The notes: a model not told the origin generated them from the sequence alone. Shown: positions 39,683 to 49,804, counted from the first letter of the stretch. The stretch: 64,000 bases of DNA from Flavobacteriales bacterium (GCA_016788205.1 JAEUTA010000032.1:16394-80393); one strand, 5' to 3'. Made by a program: numbers and translations.

Positions 39683-41956
39683 ATGGCAGCAAAGCGCGCA
39701 ACTGCAAAGAAGGGAAAGGCCAAAGGCGGGGGAAAACGCATCCCTTGTCTCAAGATCACGCTCTTCGGCCTCGCCTTTCTACTCATCTGCTTCTTCGCGC
39801 TGATGCAGTCCGTTCGCAGCGGCGTCTTTGGCGAACTGCCCTCGGAAGAAGAGCTTTCCTCCATCCAACATGAACAGGCCACGCTCGTTCTGGACCGCGA
39901 TGGAGAATTGATCGGGAAGATCTTCGCCGAGGATCGCACCAACGTCAAGTACGCCGACCTACCCAAGCACTTGGTGAATGCGCTTGTCGCCACGGAGGAT
40001 GCACGTTTCTTCACACACCAAGGGGTCGATGGTCGCAGCTACATCCGGGTGTTCTTCAAAACGTTGCTGGGGCGCGACAAGAGCGGTGGTGGTGGAAGCA
40101 CGATCTCGCAACAGATCATCAAGAACCTCTATGGCCGCGAACGGCACGGCTTGCTCACCATTCCTGTGAACAAGATGAAGGAAGCCTTGGTGGCCCAACG
40201 TCTTGAGCGCATGTTGAAGAAAGAGGATGTGCTCGTGCTCTATTTCAACTCGGTACCCTTCGGCGAGAACACGTTCGGCATCGAAGCGGCCGCGCAGCGT
40301 TTCTTCGGCAAACCGGCGAAACGCCTAAACGTTCAGGAGGGCGCAGTGCTGGTGGGCATGTTGAAGGCGAACACCACCTACAATCCACGATTGCATCCCA
40401 AAGAGTCGAAAGGCCGACGCGACCAGGTCTTCGAGCAGATGGAACGGCGTGGTGACCTCATCGAACAGCAGGTGGACAGTTTGAAAAACTTGCCGCTCGT
40501 GTTGAACTACACCGGCGGCGATGCGTTGGATCTGTATGGCTATTTCGTGAAGCACGTGAACGATGAGGCACGGAGCATCCTGAAGGAACTCGTGAAGAAT
40601 GGCGGCCGCACCTATGACATCGAGAAGGATGGCCTACGCATCACCACGACCCTGGATGCCGACCTGCAACGCATGGCCCACATCGCGGTACATCAGCACC
40701 TCAACAGCATGCAGCCGAAGCTGGATGGTGAGTTGAAGAGCAGCAAAGCGCGAGCTCGATGGGAGAAGAACATGGAGCGCAGAGGTGGTCGATCATGGAA
40801 GAAGAACGCACGCGAGGTCCGTGAGATCTACGACCATGCCGCACGCCGCATCGACACGCTGACCTACCGCGATAGCCTGTGGCATTACCACAAACTGCTG
40901 AACGGTGCCGTACTGATGATGGAACCGTCGAACGGCGCTGTGCGTGCCTGGGTCGGGGGTAACGATCATCGCTACCTGCCCTACGACTTGATCAAAGCCC
41001 GGCGGCCCATCGCCAGCACGATAAAACCAGTGGTTTATGCGGCAGCGCTGGAGCGTGGCCTACACCCCTGCACCTATCTGGACAACGACAAGAAGACCTA
41101 TGCCGAGTTCGACGATTGGGCCCCGGACAACTTCGATAAGGACACCACCGGTGGGCAGGTGGCCATGTGGTACGCGCTGGCGAAGAGCATGAATCGCCCT
41201 ACTGTCGATCTGTACTTCCGCACCGGGGTCGATACCGTTCGGAACACGATGAAAGCGCTGGGGCTGCCAACTCAGGATGCCGCCAAGCCCGCCATGGCAC
41301 TGGGCGCAACGGACATCGCGTTGAGGGAGATCGTGCCCGCTTTCGGGGCGTTCGGCGCACAAGGCCGTATTGCAAGACCGCAGATGATCGCCAGCATCGT
41401 CGATGCGCAAGGCCGCGAGATCTACAAGGCCGGGAAAGCCTCTACACGCCAGGCGATCAGTGCGAACACGGCTGCGGATGTAAGTGCCATGTTGCAGCGT
41501 TCCATCGACCAAGGCACAGGCGCGCCGTTGCGATCGCGCTACGGCGTTACGAGCCCTTTCGCTGGCAAGACCGGTACCTCACAGGACTACGGCGATGCTT
41601 GGTTCGTAGGCTACACGCCAGGATTGGTCATCGGTACCTGGGTAGGAGCCTTTGACAACGACGTTCACTTCCACAGCGCCCTGGGCACCGGTGGCCAGCT
41701 CGCATTACCGATCGCAGGGAAAGTGCTCAAGCAGGTGGAACAGTCGCCCGAATTGCGCAAGCGCTACATCCGTTCGTTCACATGGCCGGTGGATCACCAA
41801 CCCGACCTAGAATGCCGGGGTCAACGCGAAGCGGATGTGCTCGAGCGCATCATCAACGATGTCTTCGGTACGGGGAAGGATCGTGGCGCGGACACCACTG
41901 GACCTGAGCGACGCAACATCTTCGACCGGCTATTCAAGAACAAGGAGCCGCTCTAA
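39683..41956 (+). CDS. Class A penicillin-binding protein (transglycosylase/transpeptidase, PBP1A-like)
   Basis: ATEDARF..H.GVD, GGGSTISQQ..KN, ASTIKP (SxxK), SMN, GKTGTS. Confidence 0.93.
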   Translation: MAAKRATAKKGKAKGGGKRIPCLKITLFGLAFLLICFFALMQSVRSGVFGELPSEEELSSIQHEQATLVLDRDGELIGKIFAEDRTNVKYADLPKHLVNALVATEDARFFTHQGVDGRSYIRVFFKTLLGRDKSGGGGSTISQQIIKNLYGRERHGLLTIPVNKMKEALVAQRLERMLKKEDVLVLYFNSVPFGENTFGIEAAAQRFFGKPAKRLNVQEGAVLVGMLKANTTYNPRLHPKESKGRRDQVFEQMERRGDLIEQQVDSLKNLPLVLNYTGGDALDLYGYFVKHVNDEARSILKELVKNGGRTYDIEKDGLRITTTLDADLQRMAHIAVHQHLNSMQPKLDGELKSSKARARWEKNMERRGGRSWKKNAREVREIYDHAARRIDTLTYRDSLWHYHKLLNGAVLMMEPSNGAVRAWVGGNDHRYLPYDLIKARRPIASTIKPVVYAAALERGLHPCTYLDNDKKTYAEFDDWAPDNFDKDTTGGQVAMWYALAKSMNRPTVDLYFRTGVDTVRNTMKALGLPTQDAAKPAMALGATDIALREIVPAFGAFGAQGRIARPQMIASIVDAQGREIYKAGKASTRQAISANTAADVSAMLQRSIDQGTGAPLRSRYGVTSPFAGKTGTSQDYGDAWFVGYTPGLVIGTWVGAFDNDVHFHSALGTGGQLALPIAGKVLKQVEQSPELRKRYIRSFTWPVDHQPDLECRGQREADVLERIINDVFGTGKDRGADTTGPERRNIFDRLFKNKEPL

Positions 41957-43050
41957 GTCGCTCTCAATAACCGCTTGGAGAGCGCCTCGCGCCTGTCCAT
42001 GAACGGTCGTTCCCAATAGCGATACACCAGCGCAGCGACACCGATGCTGGCCAGGTAGTAGGAAGCATAGATCACCACGGTGATCGGCAACGACCGGCCC
42101 GCCACCCACTCCAGGAAGAAGTTGCGCAAGGGCATGTGCGCTAGGTATAGTGCGTACGAGACCAGACTTAGAAAGGTGACCGGAACGCTCCAGCAGAAGC
42201 TCCTCCATGCCGAAAGGAACGGGAGCATCAAAGCCAGTGTAAGCGCAGAGAATGTGCAATGCCATGTTCCATTGTACAGCAGGTCAGCGTATTCGCTCCT
42301 GAACACCGTAGCGGCCAGACCAACGAGCCCGACCAACAGCAAGGGCACTCGTTGCTGACGGATCCATGCAGGCCATTCGCGCACGCACCAGGCCATCAGT
42401 ACGCCATAGCCGATGGAATCCAGGCGCATCACCACGATCTTCCGGACCAACAGATCAAGCATGAACGATGTCTGCACCTTCTCCGCCGCTGGAAAACGCA
42501 GGATCGTTGGCACCAGGATCATACCTAGCGTAGCGAACAGGAAACCCACATGGGGGCGCCACTTCAGCAAGCCTACACCAAGAACGAGCAGTAATGGGAA
42601 CAGGAGATAGAACCATTCTTCCACCGCCAGGGACCAAGACTCCCAGAAGAACAGGTCCAGCGGAACGATGAAGTTCTGCAGGAAGACCGCATAGGCCAAC
42701 GTGTTCACGTTCAGTAGCCCGGGTGCCCATCCCCATGCCACAAGTGCGATGTTGATCACCAGGAACAGGTAATAGTTCGGAAGCGTTCGGAGCCAGCGCC
42801 GTTGCCAGAAGTCCACCACACGCTTCCATAAAGGGATCGGCGATGGAAGTACCATGTCCAAGAGCATGCGCCCGATCAAGAAGCCACTGAGCACGAAGAA
42901 GACGGTCACACCATCGAGTGCCGCAGCTCCTGGATCCCTTGGCCAGTAGGCGTCCAACAAGTCATCCGCATGCGAATACACGACGAGCAGCACAGCGATG
43001 CATCGCATCAGGTCCAGGCCGAAGATCCGTGACCGTTCGTGTTGCACCAT
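41953..43050 (-). CDS. Acyltransferase-3 (OafA/YrhL) family O-acyltransferase
   Basis: GLDLMR..AVLLV..SH, GV..FFVLSGFLI, RRWLRTLP.YY, WSLAVEEWFY, SYALYL.H. Confidence 0.92.
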   Translation of the reverse strand: MVQHERSRIFGLDLMRCIAVLLVVYSHADDLLDAYWPRDPGAAALDGVTVFFVLSGFLIGRMLLDMVLPSPIPLWKRVVDFWQRRWLRTLPNYYLFLVINIALVAWGWAPGLLNVNTLAYAVFLQNFIVPLDLFFWESWSLAVEEWFYLLFPLLLVLGVGLLKWRPHVGFLFATLGMILVPTILRFPAAEKVQTSFMLDLLVRKIVVMRLDSIGYGVLMAWCVREWPAWIRQQRVPLLLVGLVGLAATVFRSEYADLLYNGTWHCTFSALTLALMLPFLSAWRSFCWSVPVTFLSLVSYALYLAHMPLRNFFLEWVAGRSLPITVVIYASYYLASIGVAALVYRYWERPFMDRREALSKRLLRAT

Positions 43051-43071
43051 TGCGGTGAAATGTAGAGCTCG

Positions 43072-44922
43072 CTAAGCGAACGCTTGCATGTCGCAAAGAC
43101 GGCGATACTGACCGCCCGCATCGTACAACTGCTGGTGCGTACCGCGTTCGATGATCCTTCCCTGCTGCATGACGCATATCTCGTCACAATGCTGAATAGT
43201 GCTGAGGCGATGCGCTATGACAAGGCTCGTACGTCCCTCGAGCATCTTGTACAGGGCATCCTGCACAAGCCGTTCGCTCTCCGTGTCCAAGGCACTGGTC
43301 GCCTCATCCAGGATCAGGATCGGCGGATTCTTCAGTACCGCTCGGGCAATGCTCAACCGCTGCTTCTGTCCACCGCTCAACCGATTCCCACCATCACCGA
43401 TGTTCGTCTGATAACCATCCTCCAACTGCAAGATGAACTCATGGGCATTGGCGATGCGTGCCGCCCGTTCGATATCAGCTTGCGCCATGCCGGGTGTGCC
43501 GAACGCGATGTTGTTGGCGACGGTATCGTTGAACAGAATACTGTCCTGCGTGACGATGCCCATGAGCGCGCGGATATCGTTGATACGAAGATCACGCAGG
43601 TCCACGCCATCGAGCAGGACCTGTCCACCGCTCACATCGAAGAAACGTGGGAGCAGCCCGGCCATCGTCGTCTTCCCGCTGCCGCTCGTGCCCACCAGTG
43701 CCACGCTCTTGCCCTTCGGGATCGTCAACTGGATATCCTGCAACACCGCTTTGCGTTCGCGGTTGCTCGTCTCCTTCGGCGGCGCTTCATAGGCGAACGT
43801 CACGTTGCGGAATTCGACCCGGTCGTTAAAACCGTTGATCGGTGCGGCATCCGGCTTCTCCTTCACGGTGTTCTCCACGGCCAGCAGATCGAAGAGACGC
43901 TGGCCGCTCGCCGAGCCACGCACGATCGCAGAGTAGCCTTGTGAGAAGCCCTTGATGGGGGGAAGCAACTGCGAGAAGATGATGATGAAGCCAAGGAAGC
44001 TATCGCCTGTAAGCGTGGGGTCCGGGCCCAGGACGTAGTAACCACCGAGGTAAGCGATCGCTGCCATCACCGCAGCACCCAGCGTCTCGCTCAAAGGCGA
44101 AGCGATGTCCTGTCGGTTCAGCATGGCGATGCTGCTGCGCGTGAGCATCTCGTTCTCGCGCGCGAAACGCCGGCGCATATCGGCCTCCCCATTGAACGCC
44201 TTGATCACACGGATGCCCGTCAACGTTTCTTCCACGCGGGCGAGCAGATCGGCGTTCTTCTCCTGCACGCGTGTGCTCTTTCGCTTCAAACTCTTGCTGA
44301 TGCGCCCGATCAACAGGCCGCTCACCGGGAGCAACAGCAATGCGATCAATGTGAGTTGTGGCGCAATGGTGATCATCGTCGCCAGAAAGAGCAGGATCGC
44401 GATCGGTTCGCGGAACACCATCTCGATGTAGAACATCACCGAGTACTCCATCACGTGCATATCGCTGGTGATGAGTGCGAGCAGATCACCCTTGCGTTCG
44501 CCGCTGTGGTAGCGCAGGGGCAGCTCCAGCATCTTGTCGTACACCGCGGCACGGATATCGCGCACGATGTAGTTGCGGAAGTTGCAGATGGCCACTACAG
44601 CCAGGTAGCGGAAGAGGTTCTTGATCAAGAAGATCACGACAACCGCGATACTGATGGTAAGCAGCGCACCCATCTGCCCGTTCTGTTCGATCAGTTGGGT
44701 GAGGCCCCAGTTGAACGTCCCTTCCAAGCCCTCACGGCTCCACAGGTCCGCGGGACGCATGTGCACCGGCTTTACCTGCCCCAGCAGCAGGCGCAGGAAC
44801 GGGATGAAGAGGAGCAACGAAGCCAGATGGAAGACCGTGGCCAGCAGGTTGAAGACCACATTGAGCGCCGCGAAACGGCGGTAAGCCTTGCCATAGCGGA
44901 GTATCCGGAAGAAGTTGCGCAT
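43072..44922 (-). CDS. ABC transporter ATP-binding/permease protein (MsbA-like)
   Basis: Start reset to MRNFFRIL. TM domain plus GTSGSGKT, LSGGQKQR, ILDEATSALD and IAHRLST. Confidence 0.93.
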   Translation of the reverse strand: MRNFFRILRYGKAYRRFAALNVVFNLLATVFHLASLLLFIPFLRLLLGQVKPVHMRPADLWSREGLEGTFNWGLTQLIEQNGQMGALLTISIAVVVIFLIKNLFRYLAVVAICNFRNYIVRDIRAAVYDKMLELPLRYHSGERKGDLLALITSDMHVMEYSVMFYIEMVFREPIAILLFLATMITIAPQLTLIALLLLPVSGLLIGRISKSLKRKSTRVQEKNADLLARVEETLTGIRVIKAFNGEADMRRRFARENEMLTRSSIAMLNRQDIASPLSETLGAAVMAAIAYLGGYYVLGPDPTLTGDSFLGFIIIFSQLLPPIKGFSQGYSAIVRGSASGQRLFDLLAVENTVKEKPDAAPINGFNDRVEFRNVTFAYEAPPKETSNRERKAVLQDIQLTIPKGKSVALVGTSGSGKTTMAGLLPRFFDVSGGQVLLDGVDLRDLRINDIRALMGIVTQDSILFNDTVANNIAFGTPGMAQADIERAARIANAHEFILQLEDGYQTNIGDGGNRLSGGQKQRLSIARAVLKNPPILILDEATSALDTESERLVQDALYKMLEGRTSLVIAHRLSTIQHCDEICVMQQGRIIERGTHQQLYDAGGQYRRLCDMQAFA

Positions 44923-44930
44923 CGTGCGGC

Positions 44931-44974
44931 TGGCGAAGGTAGGGCCGCTCACAGGTACCGCCCTACCTTCGCCA
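44931..44974. promoter_or_regulatory. Back-to-back divergent promoters (two TACCTTCG boxes) forming a 15-bp perfect inverted repeat
   Basis: TGGCGAAGGTAGGGC (44931-44945) and GCCCTACCTTCGCCA (44960-44974). Confidence 0.65.
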
Positions 44975-44979
44975 CTGAA

Positions 44980-45318
44980 ATGGACAGCGTAAGACAGAAC
45001 AAGGTGAACAGCCTGCTCCAGAAGGAGCTGGCCGCCATCTTCCTCGTGGAAGGCCGCAACTTCCTCCCCGGCGGCCTGGTCACCGTATCCGCCGTGCGTA
45101 CGAGCCCCGACCTGGGCGTGGCGAAAGTGTTCCTCAGCCTTTTCCCGGTGAAGGACAAGAAGGCGGTGATTGAAGTGATCAAGAGCCAGGCTCATCGGTT
45201 GCGTGGGCAACTCGGCGGGCGTGTGGGCAAACAGATGCGCATCGTTCCTGAACTCTTGTTCTACGTGGACGATTCGCTCGATCGTGCAGAGGAGATAGAC
45301 AAACTGCTGAAGGGATAG
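44980..45318 (+). CDS. rbfA: Ribosome-binding factor A
   Basis: MDSVRQNKVNSLLQKELA..VTVS.V..SPDL..AKV.LS..QMRIVPEL.F..DDS. Confidence 0.96.
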   Translation: MDSVRQNKVNSLLQKELAAIFLVEGRNFLPGGLVTVSAVRTSPDLGVAKVFLSLFPVKDKKAVIEVIKSQAHRLRGQLGGRVGKQMRIVPELLFYVDDSLDRAEEIDKLLKG

Positions 45319-45320
45319 GC

Positions 45321-46139
45321 ATGCAGTACGATCCCGTCAAGCGCCGTTTGGGCGTCGTCTTCAACCGCACGCCTTTCCTCCGCAAGTTGTTCTATGGCTT
45401 GCTGGATCTGCTTCTGCTGCGCTGCTGGCACATCCAGCATGAACTGCGCAAGTGGCTGCTTGAGCGTTCGCAACAGAACAAGCCTGTCACCGCGATCTAC
45501 GATGCTGGCGCGGGCTTCGGGCAGTACACCTATTGGTTGAGCGGCAGGCTGCCACAAGCCAACATCACCGCCATCGATGTGAAAGATGAACAGGTCGCGG
45601 ATTGTAACGCCTTCTTCCAGAGGATCCGACGTCAAAAGGTGAAGTTCGAAGTAGGCGATGTGACGAAGTTCCAGAAGCCCAGCGCCTTCGACCTCGTTGT
45701 ATGCGTGGACGTGATGGAGCATATCCTGGAAGATGAAGCCGCGCTCCGTTGTTACAGCACTTCGCTGAAGGAAGGTGGAATGCTCATCATCAGCACGCCG
45801 AGCGATCAAGGGGGAAGCGATGTACACGAAGAGGGCGAAGGCTCTTTCATCGAGGAGCACGTACGCGACGGCTACAACATCGACGACATCAAAGCCAAGA
45901 CACTGCGCAACGGTTTCAGCAAGGTTGAAGCGCGTTACAGCTATGGCGCACCGGGCAAGATCAGCTGGAAACTGAGCATGAAATGGCCTTTGCTGATGCT
46001 GCAAGCGAGCAAGCTCTTCTTCATCGTGCTTCCGTTCTACTATCTGGTCGCCTACCCTATCGCCTTCGCGCTCAACATGGCGGATGTGCGGATGGCCCAT
46101 GCCACTGGAACCGGCTTGGTGGTTAAAGCGTGGAAGTGA
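45321..46139 (+). CDS. Class I SAM-dependent methyltransferase
   Basis: IYDAGAGFGQY, FDLVVCVDVMEHI, GG.L.ISTP, EEHVRDGY. Confidence 0.9.
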   Translation: MQYDPVKRRLGVVFNRTPFLRKLFYGLLDLLLLRCWHIQHELRKWLLERSQQNKPVTAIYDAGAGFGQYTYWLSGRLPQANITAIDVKDEQVADCNAFFQRIRRQKVKFEVGDVTKFQKPSAFDLVVCVDVMEHILEDEAALRCYSTSLKEGGMLIISTPSDQGGSDVHEEGEGSFIEEHVRDGYNIDDIKAKTLRNGFSKVEARYSYGAPGKISWKLSMKWPLLMLQASKLFFIVLPFYYLVAYPIAFALNMADVRMAHATGTGLVVKAWK

Positions 46140-46149
46140 CCATGTGGGC

Positions 46150-47379
46150 ATGAACCTTCCGCTCCTTTTCGCCCGCCGTTACCTGTTCGCCAAGCGGAGC
46201 ACCAACGCCATCAACATCATAACAGGCATCAGCATCGCGGTGATCGCGGTGGTGACGGCTGCGATGGTCGTTGTTTTGAGCACGCTGAACGGCATCTCGG
46301 ACCTCGTGGATACGATCTACAGTCCGTTCGATCAGGACATCACCATCACCGCAGCCGAGGGCAAGACCTTTGAGCGGAAAGCAGTGGATCTGGAGCGCGT
46401 GCTGTCCATGCCAGAGGTGAAGAACAGCAGCTGGGTGATCGAGGAGAACGTGTTGCTGCGCAGCGGCGATCAGCGCCGCGTGGCCACCATGAAAGGCGTG
46501 GAGCCGCAATACCTCGCCATGAGCCAGATGGACAGGTACATGTACGACGGCCGACCCACGTTCGATGGGATCACAGGACCTGCGGCGTTGCTGGGCATCG
46601 GCTTGAAGATGGACCTCGGCGTACCGTTGGATGACGGCGTCTTCCAAGCGTTGGAGATCAGTGCACCGATCCGCGGGCGCAAGTTGAGCAAGTACCAGCA
46701 ACGGGCCTTCGAGACCGTGGCCATCGCTGTGCGCGGTGCGTTCACCATGAATCTGGACTTCGACTCGAAGTATGCCCTCGTACCGTTGAACACTGCGGCA
46801 GAGCTATTGCACTACGACAGTTCAGTTACCGCGCTGGAGCTACAGCTCACCGACAAGAAGAACATGGATCGTGTCGCAACGGTACTTCGCGCTCAGCTTG
46901 GTTCAGCGTTCACGGTGAAGACCCGCTACCAGAAGAACGCCTTGATGTACCAGACCAACGCGAGCGAGAAGTTCTTCACGTTCGTGGTGCTCAGCTTCAT
47001 CGGCCTCATCGGTGCCTTCAACATCATCGCCTCGCTCACCATGATGATGATCGAGAAACGCCGCGACATGGGGACGCTTGCAGCGATGGGCGCCACACCA
47101 TCCACGGTACGCGGGGTCTTCTTCGGCGAAGGCCTGCTGATCGTCGTGGTCGGGGTCATTGTCGGGCTGCTCCTCGGCCTCGGCATCTGCTTCGCACAAC
47201 AACGTTTCGGTTTCGTGCAGCTGAGTGATTCCGTGGTGGAAGCCTACCCCGTGCACATCATGGGCACGGATCTCGTGATCATCTCCGTCGCCGTATTCGC
47301 CATCGGCCTATTGGCCTCGTGGATCCCGCTGCGTACGCTCAGCAAGCGTTTCCTGCTCACCACGAAGACCGCAGATTAA
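46150..47379 (+). CDS. ABC transporter permease, LolC/E (FtsX-like) family
   Basis: ARRYLF.K...AINII, VLS.LNG, AFNII.SL.M...EK..D...L..MGA. Confidence 0.9.
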   Translation: MNLPLLFARRYLFAKRSTNAINIITGISIAVIAVVTAAMVVVLSTLNGISDLVDTIYSPFDQDITITAAEGKTFERKAVDLERVLSMPEVKNSSWVIEENVLLRSGDQRRVATMKGVEPQYLAMSQMDRYMYDGRPTFDGITGPAALLGIGLKMDLGVPLDDGVFQALEISAPIRGRKLSKYQQRAFETVAIAVRGAFTMNLDFDSKYALVPLNTAAELLHYDSSVTALELQLTDKKNMDRVATVLRAQLGSAFTVKTRYQKNALMYQTNASEKFFTFVVLSFIGLIGAFNIIASLTMMMIEKRRDMGTLAAMGATPSTVRGVFFGEGLLIVVVGVIVGLLLGLGICFAQQRFGFVQLSDSVVEAYPVHIMGTDLVIISVAVFAIGLLASWIPLRTLSKRFLLTTKTAD

Positions 47380-47419
47380 GTCGCGCAACTCTTCTTGAGC
47401 CTTGTCACTTGACACTTTC

Positions 47420-48409
47420 TCAGGCTACCGCCAAAGCGTACATCCCTTTCACCTCATCCAGGATCTGCTCCAGGATTACGGGATCCTTCTCGGTACACAG
47501 GCGCAGGCGCACCTCCTTCACGTTCGGCAGGCCGCGCAAGTAGTTACCGTAGTGGCGACGCATCTCCACCACGCCTTCCCACGCACCTTTCCACGCGAGC
47601 GAGCTACGCAGATGCTCACGCGCAGCTTCCACACGGTCGGAAACGGACGGTGGCGGCAAATGCTCGCCCGTAGCGATGAAGTGCTTGATCTCGTTGAAGA
47701 TGAACGGATGCCCGATCGTGGCCCGGCCGATCATCACACCATCCACGCCGTAGCGGTCGCGGTATTCTACAGCTTTCTCCGGTGAATCGATGTCGCCGTT
47801 GCCGAAGATGGGCATGTGGATGCGCGGGTTGTTCTTCACTTCACCGATCAACGTCCAATCCGCAGGGCCTTTGTACAGCTGCGCCCGTGTGCGGCCATGG
47901 ATGCTCAGCGCCTGGATGCCGACATCCTGCAAGCGCTCGGCCACTTCCATGATGTTCTTGGTGGCATCGTTCCAACCCAGGCGTGTCTTCACCGTAACGG
48001 GCAATTTCACGGCCTTCACCACCTTCTCGGTGAGGCGCACCATCTTGTCCACATCCTGCAACAGGCAGGCCCCGGCACCCTTGCTCACCACCTTGTGTAC
48101 CGGGCAACCGTAGTTGATGTCGATCAGGTCGGGCTTCGCCGCTTCGGCGATGCGCGCCGCCTCTTCCATGGCATCCTCACTCCCACCGAACAGCTGGATG
48201 CCCACGGGCCGTTCATACTCGAAGATGTCCAGTTTCTTCAGCCCCTTGGCCGCCTGACGGATCAAGCCCTCGCTGCTGATGAACTCCGTGTACATCAGAT
48301 CGGCCCCGTGCTTCTTGCACAACGCCCGGAACGGCGGATCGCTCACATCCTCCATAGGCGCGAGCAGGAGCGGGAATTCCGGGAGTTCGATGGAGCCGAT
48401 GCGGGGCAT
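47420..48409 (-). CDS. dusB: tRNA dihydrouridine synthase DusB
   Basis: LAPMEDVSDPPFR, DINYGCP..KV..GAGA.LL, HGRT..Q.Y, GNGDI; TACCTTTG box at 48427-48434. Confidence 0.93.
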   Translation of the reverse strand: MPRIGSIELPEFPLLLAPMEDVSDPPFRALCKKHGADLMYTEFISSEGLIRQAAKGLKKLDIFEYERPVGIQLFGGSEDAMEEAARIAEAAKPDLIDINYGCPVHKVVSKGAGACLLQDVDKMVRLTEKVVKAVKLPVTVKTRLGWNDATKNIMEVAERLQDVGIQALSIHGRTRAQLYKGPADWTLIGEVKNNPRIHMPIFGNGDIDSPEKAVEYRDRYGVDGVMIGRATIGHPFIFNEIKHFIATGEHLPPPSVSDRVEAAREHLRSSLAWKGAWEGVVEMRRHYGNYLRGLPNVKEVRLRLCTEKDPVILEQILDEVKGMYALAVA

Positions 48410-48491
48410 GGTGGCGAAATCGGCCGCAAAGGTACGGGAGTCGTGGTCCGCGTGCCGGGGAAGCGCCCTTTCGCTATTTTCGCGCCCCCAC

Positions 48492-48581
48492 GGAGAGATG
48501 GCCGAGTGGTTGAAGGCGCACGCCTGGAAAGTGTGTTTACCTGAAAGGGTAACGGGGGTTCGAATCCCTCTCTCTCCGCCA
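48492..48581 (+). tRNA. tRNA-Ser(GGA)
   Basis: GGAGAGATGGCCGAGTGG..CACGC-CTGGAAA-GTGTG, long variable arm, GGTTCGAATCC, CTCTCC-G-CCA; 90 nt; TATTTTCG box 10 bp upstream. Confidence 0.97.
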
Positions 48582-48745
48582 AGAAAGGCCTGACCACGAA
48601 GTGGTCGGGCTTTTTCTTGGAATGCAGGAGCCAAGCGGAGCTTGAGCGAGAGCATTCCAAGAAAAAGCCCGCGAGCGAAGCGAGTATGGCCTGACTTGAA
48701 GCCTCCCCCCAACGGGAAAGGCGCAGCCAATCCCTCTCTCTCCGC
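48563..48745 (+). repeat. 17-bp direct repeat of the tRNA 3' end (166-bp unit) with an internal 20-bp inverted repeat
   Basis: AATCCCTCTCTCTCCGC at 48563-48579 and 48729-48745; CGGGCTTTTTCTTGGAATGC (48606-48625) pairs with 48652-48671. Confidence 0.85.
48587..48618 (+). terminator. Intrinsic terminator after tRNA-Ser
   Basis: GGCCTGACCAC-GAA-GTGGTCGGGCT followed by TTTTCTT. Confidence 0.75.
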
Positions 48746-48750
48746 TGATC

Positions 48751-48770
48751 AGCCCCGCGAAAGCGGGGCT
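48751..48770. terminator. Bidirectional terminator-like hairpin
   Basis: AGCCCCGC-GAAA-GCGGGGCT, 5 bp from the asparaginase stop. Confidence 0.7.
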
Positions 48771-48775
48771 TGTCT

Positions 48776-49804
48776 TTAGGTAGTGATCTCCCCTGCGAGC
48801 GAAGTCCCGAACGCAGCGCCCAATTCCTTGGCGCCCAGCCCCTGACCCAACAGGAACATCAATTTGGTCACCGCCGCCTCCACGGTCATGTCGCTAGCGC
48901 TGAGGACACCGAGCTCCACGAAAGCCTGGCTGGTGGTGTATCGGCCCTGTTCCACCCGACCGCCGAAACACTGCGTGGCGTTCACCACCGTTATGCCGCG
49001 TTCCGTTGCTTCGCGCAGTGCGCTGATGAAGACCGGATCGGTGGGACCGTTGCCGCTACCGAAGGTGGTGAGCACCACGGCCTTCAAGCCGGGCGTGGAC
49101 AGGGCATGCCTCACCCATTCCGCGCGGATGCCCGGGAACAGGCGGATGACGCCGACGTTGTCGTTCATCCGGTCGTGCACCTTCAATTGGCCTGCGCGGA
49201 ATGGCAGTGTGGCTGCACCATCGTACTTCAGGTGAACCCCGGCCTCGGCCAGTCGCGGATAGTTCGGTGAACGGAAGGCCTCGAACCGCTCGGCATGCAC
49301 TTTCACGGTGCGGTTGCCCCGGTAAAGACTGTATTCGAAATACACGGCCACTTCGGGAACCCTGACCCGGCCTTGCTCATCACAAGCAGCGGCCACTTCG
49401 ATCGCGGTGATCAGGTTCTCCTTTGCGTCCGTACGGATGGTACCGATGGGCAGTTGCGACCCGGTGAGGATCACTGGTTTGTTCAAGCCTTGGAGCAGGA
49501 AGCTGAGCGCGCTGGCCGTGTAGGCCATGGTGTCGCTGCCGTGGAGGACGACGAAACCGTCGTACGCCTCGTAGTGTTTGCCGATGATCCTCGCGATGCG
49601 CACCCAATCCGCCGGGCGCATGTCGCTGCTGTCGATGGGCGTCTCGAAGGATTCGGAACCCAAGCGCACGTTCATGCGATCCAGCTCCGGCACCTGCTCT
49701 TCCAGGTGCGCAAGATCCATCGGGCGTAGCGCTCCGGTACGTGGATCGGCAAGCATGCCGATGGTGCCGCCGGTATAGATGATCAGGACGGAGCGTTGGG
49801 TCAT
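48776..49804 (-). CDS. ansA: Type I (cytoplasmic) L-asparaginase
   Basis: IYTGGTIGM, DSSDM, HGSDTMAYTAS, TGSQ, FGSGN. Confidence 0.93.
   Translation of the reverse strand: MTQRSVLIIYTGGTIGMLADPRTGALRPMDLAHLEEQVPELDRMNVRLGSESFETPIDSSDMRPADWVRIARIIGKHYEAYDGFVVLHGSDTMAYTASALSFLLQGLNKPVILTGSQLPIGTIRTDAKENLITAIEVAAACDEQGRVRVPEVAVYFEYSLYRGNRTVKVHAERFEAFRSPNYPRLAEAGVHLKYDGAATLPFRAGQLKVHDRMNDNVGVIRLFPGIRAEWVRHALSTPGLKAVVLTTFGSGNGPTDPVFISALREATERGITVVNATQCFGGRVEQGRYTTSQAFVELGVLSASDMTVEAAVTKLMFLLGQGLGAKELGAAFGTSLAGEITT

Noticed and set aside
48563-48745. Intact prophage or integrative element at tRNA-Ser
   Set aside because: Only ~150 bp lies between the direct repeats, with no ORF or integrase; kept only as a scar/repeat finding.
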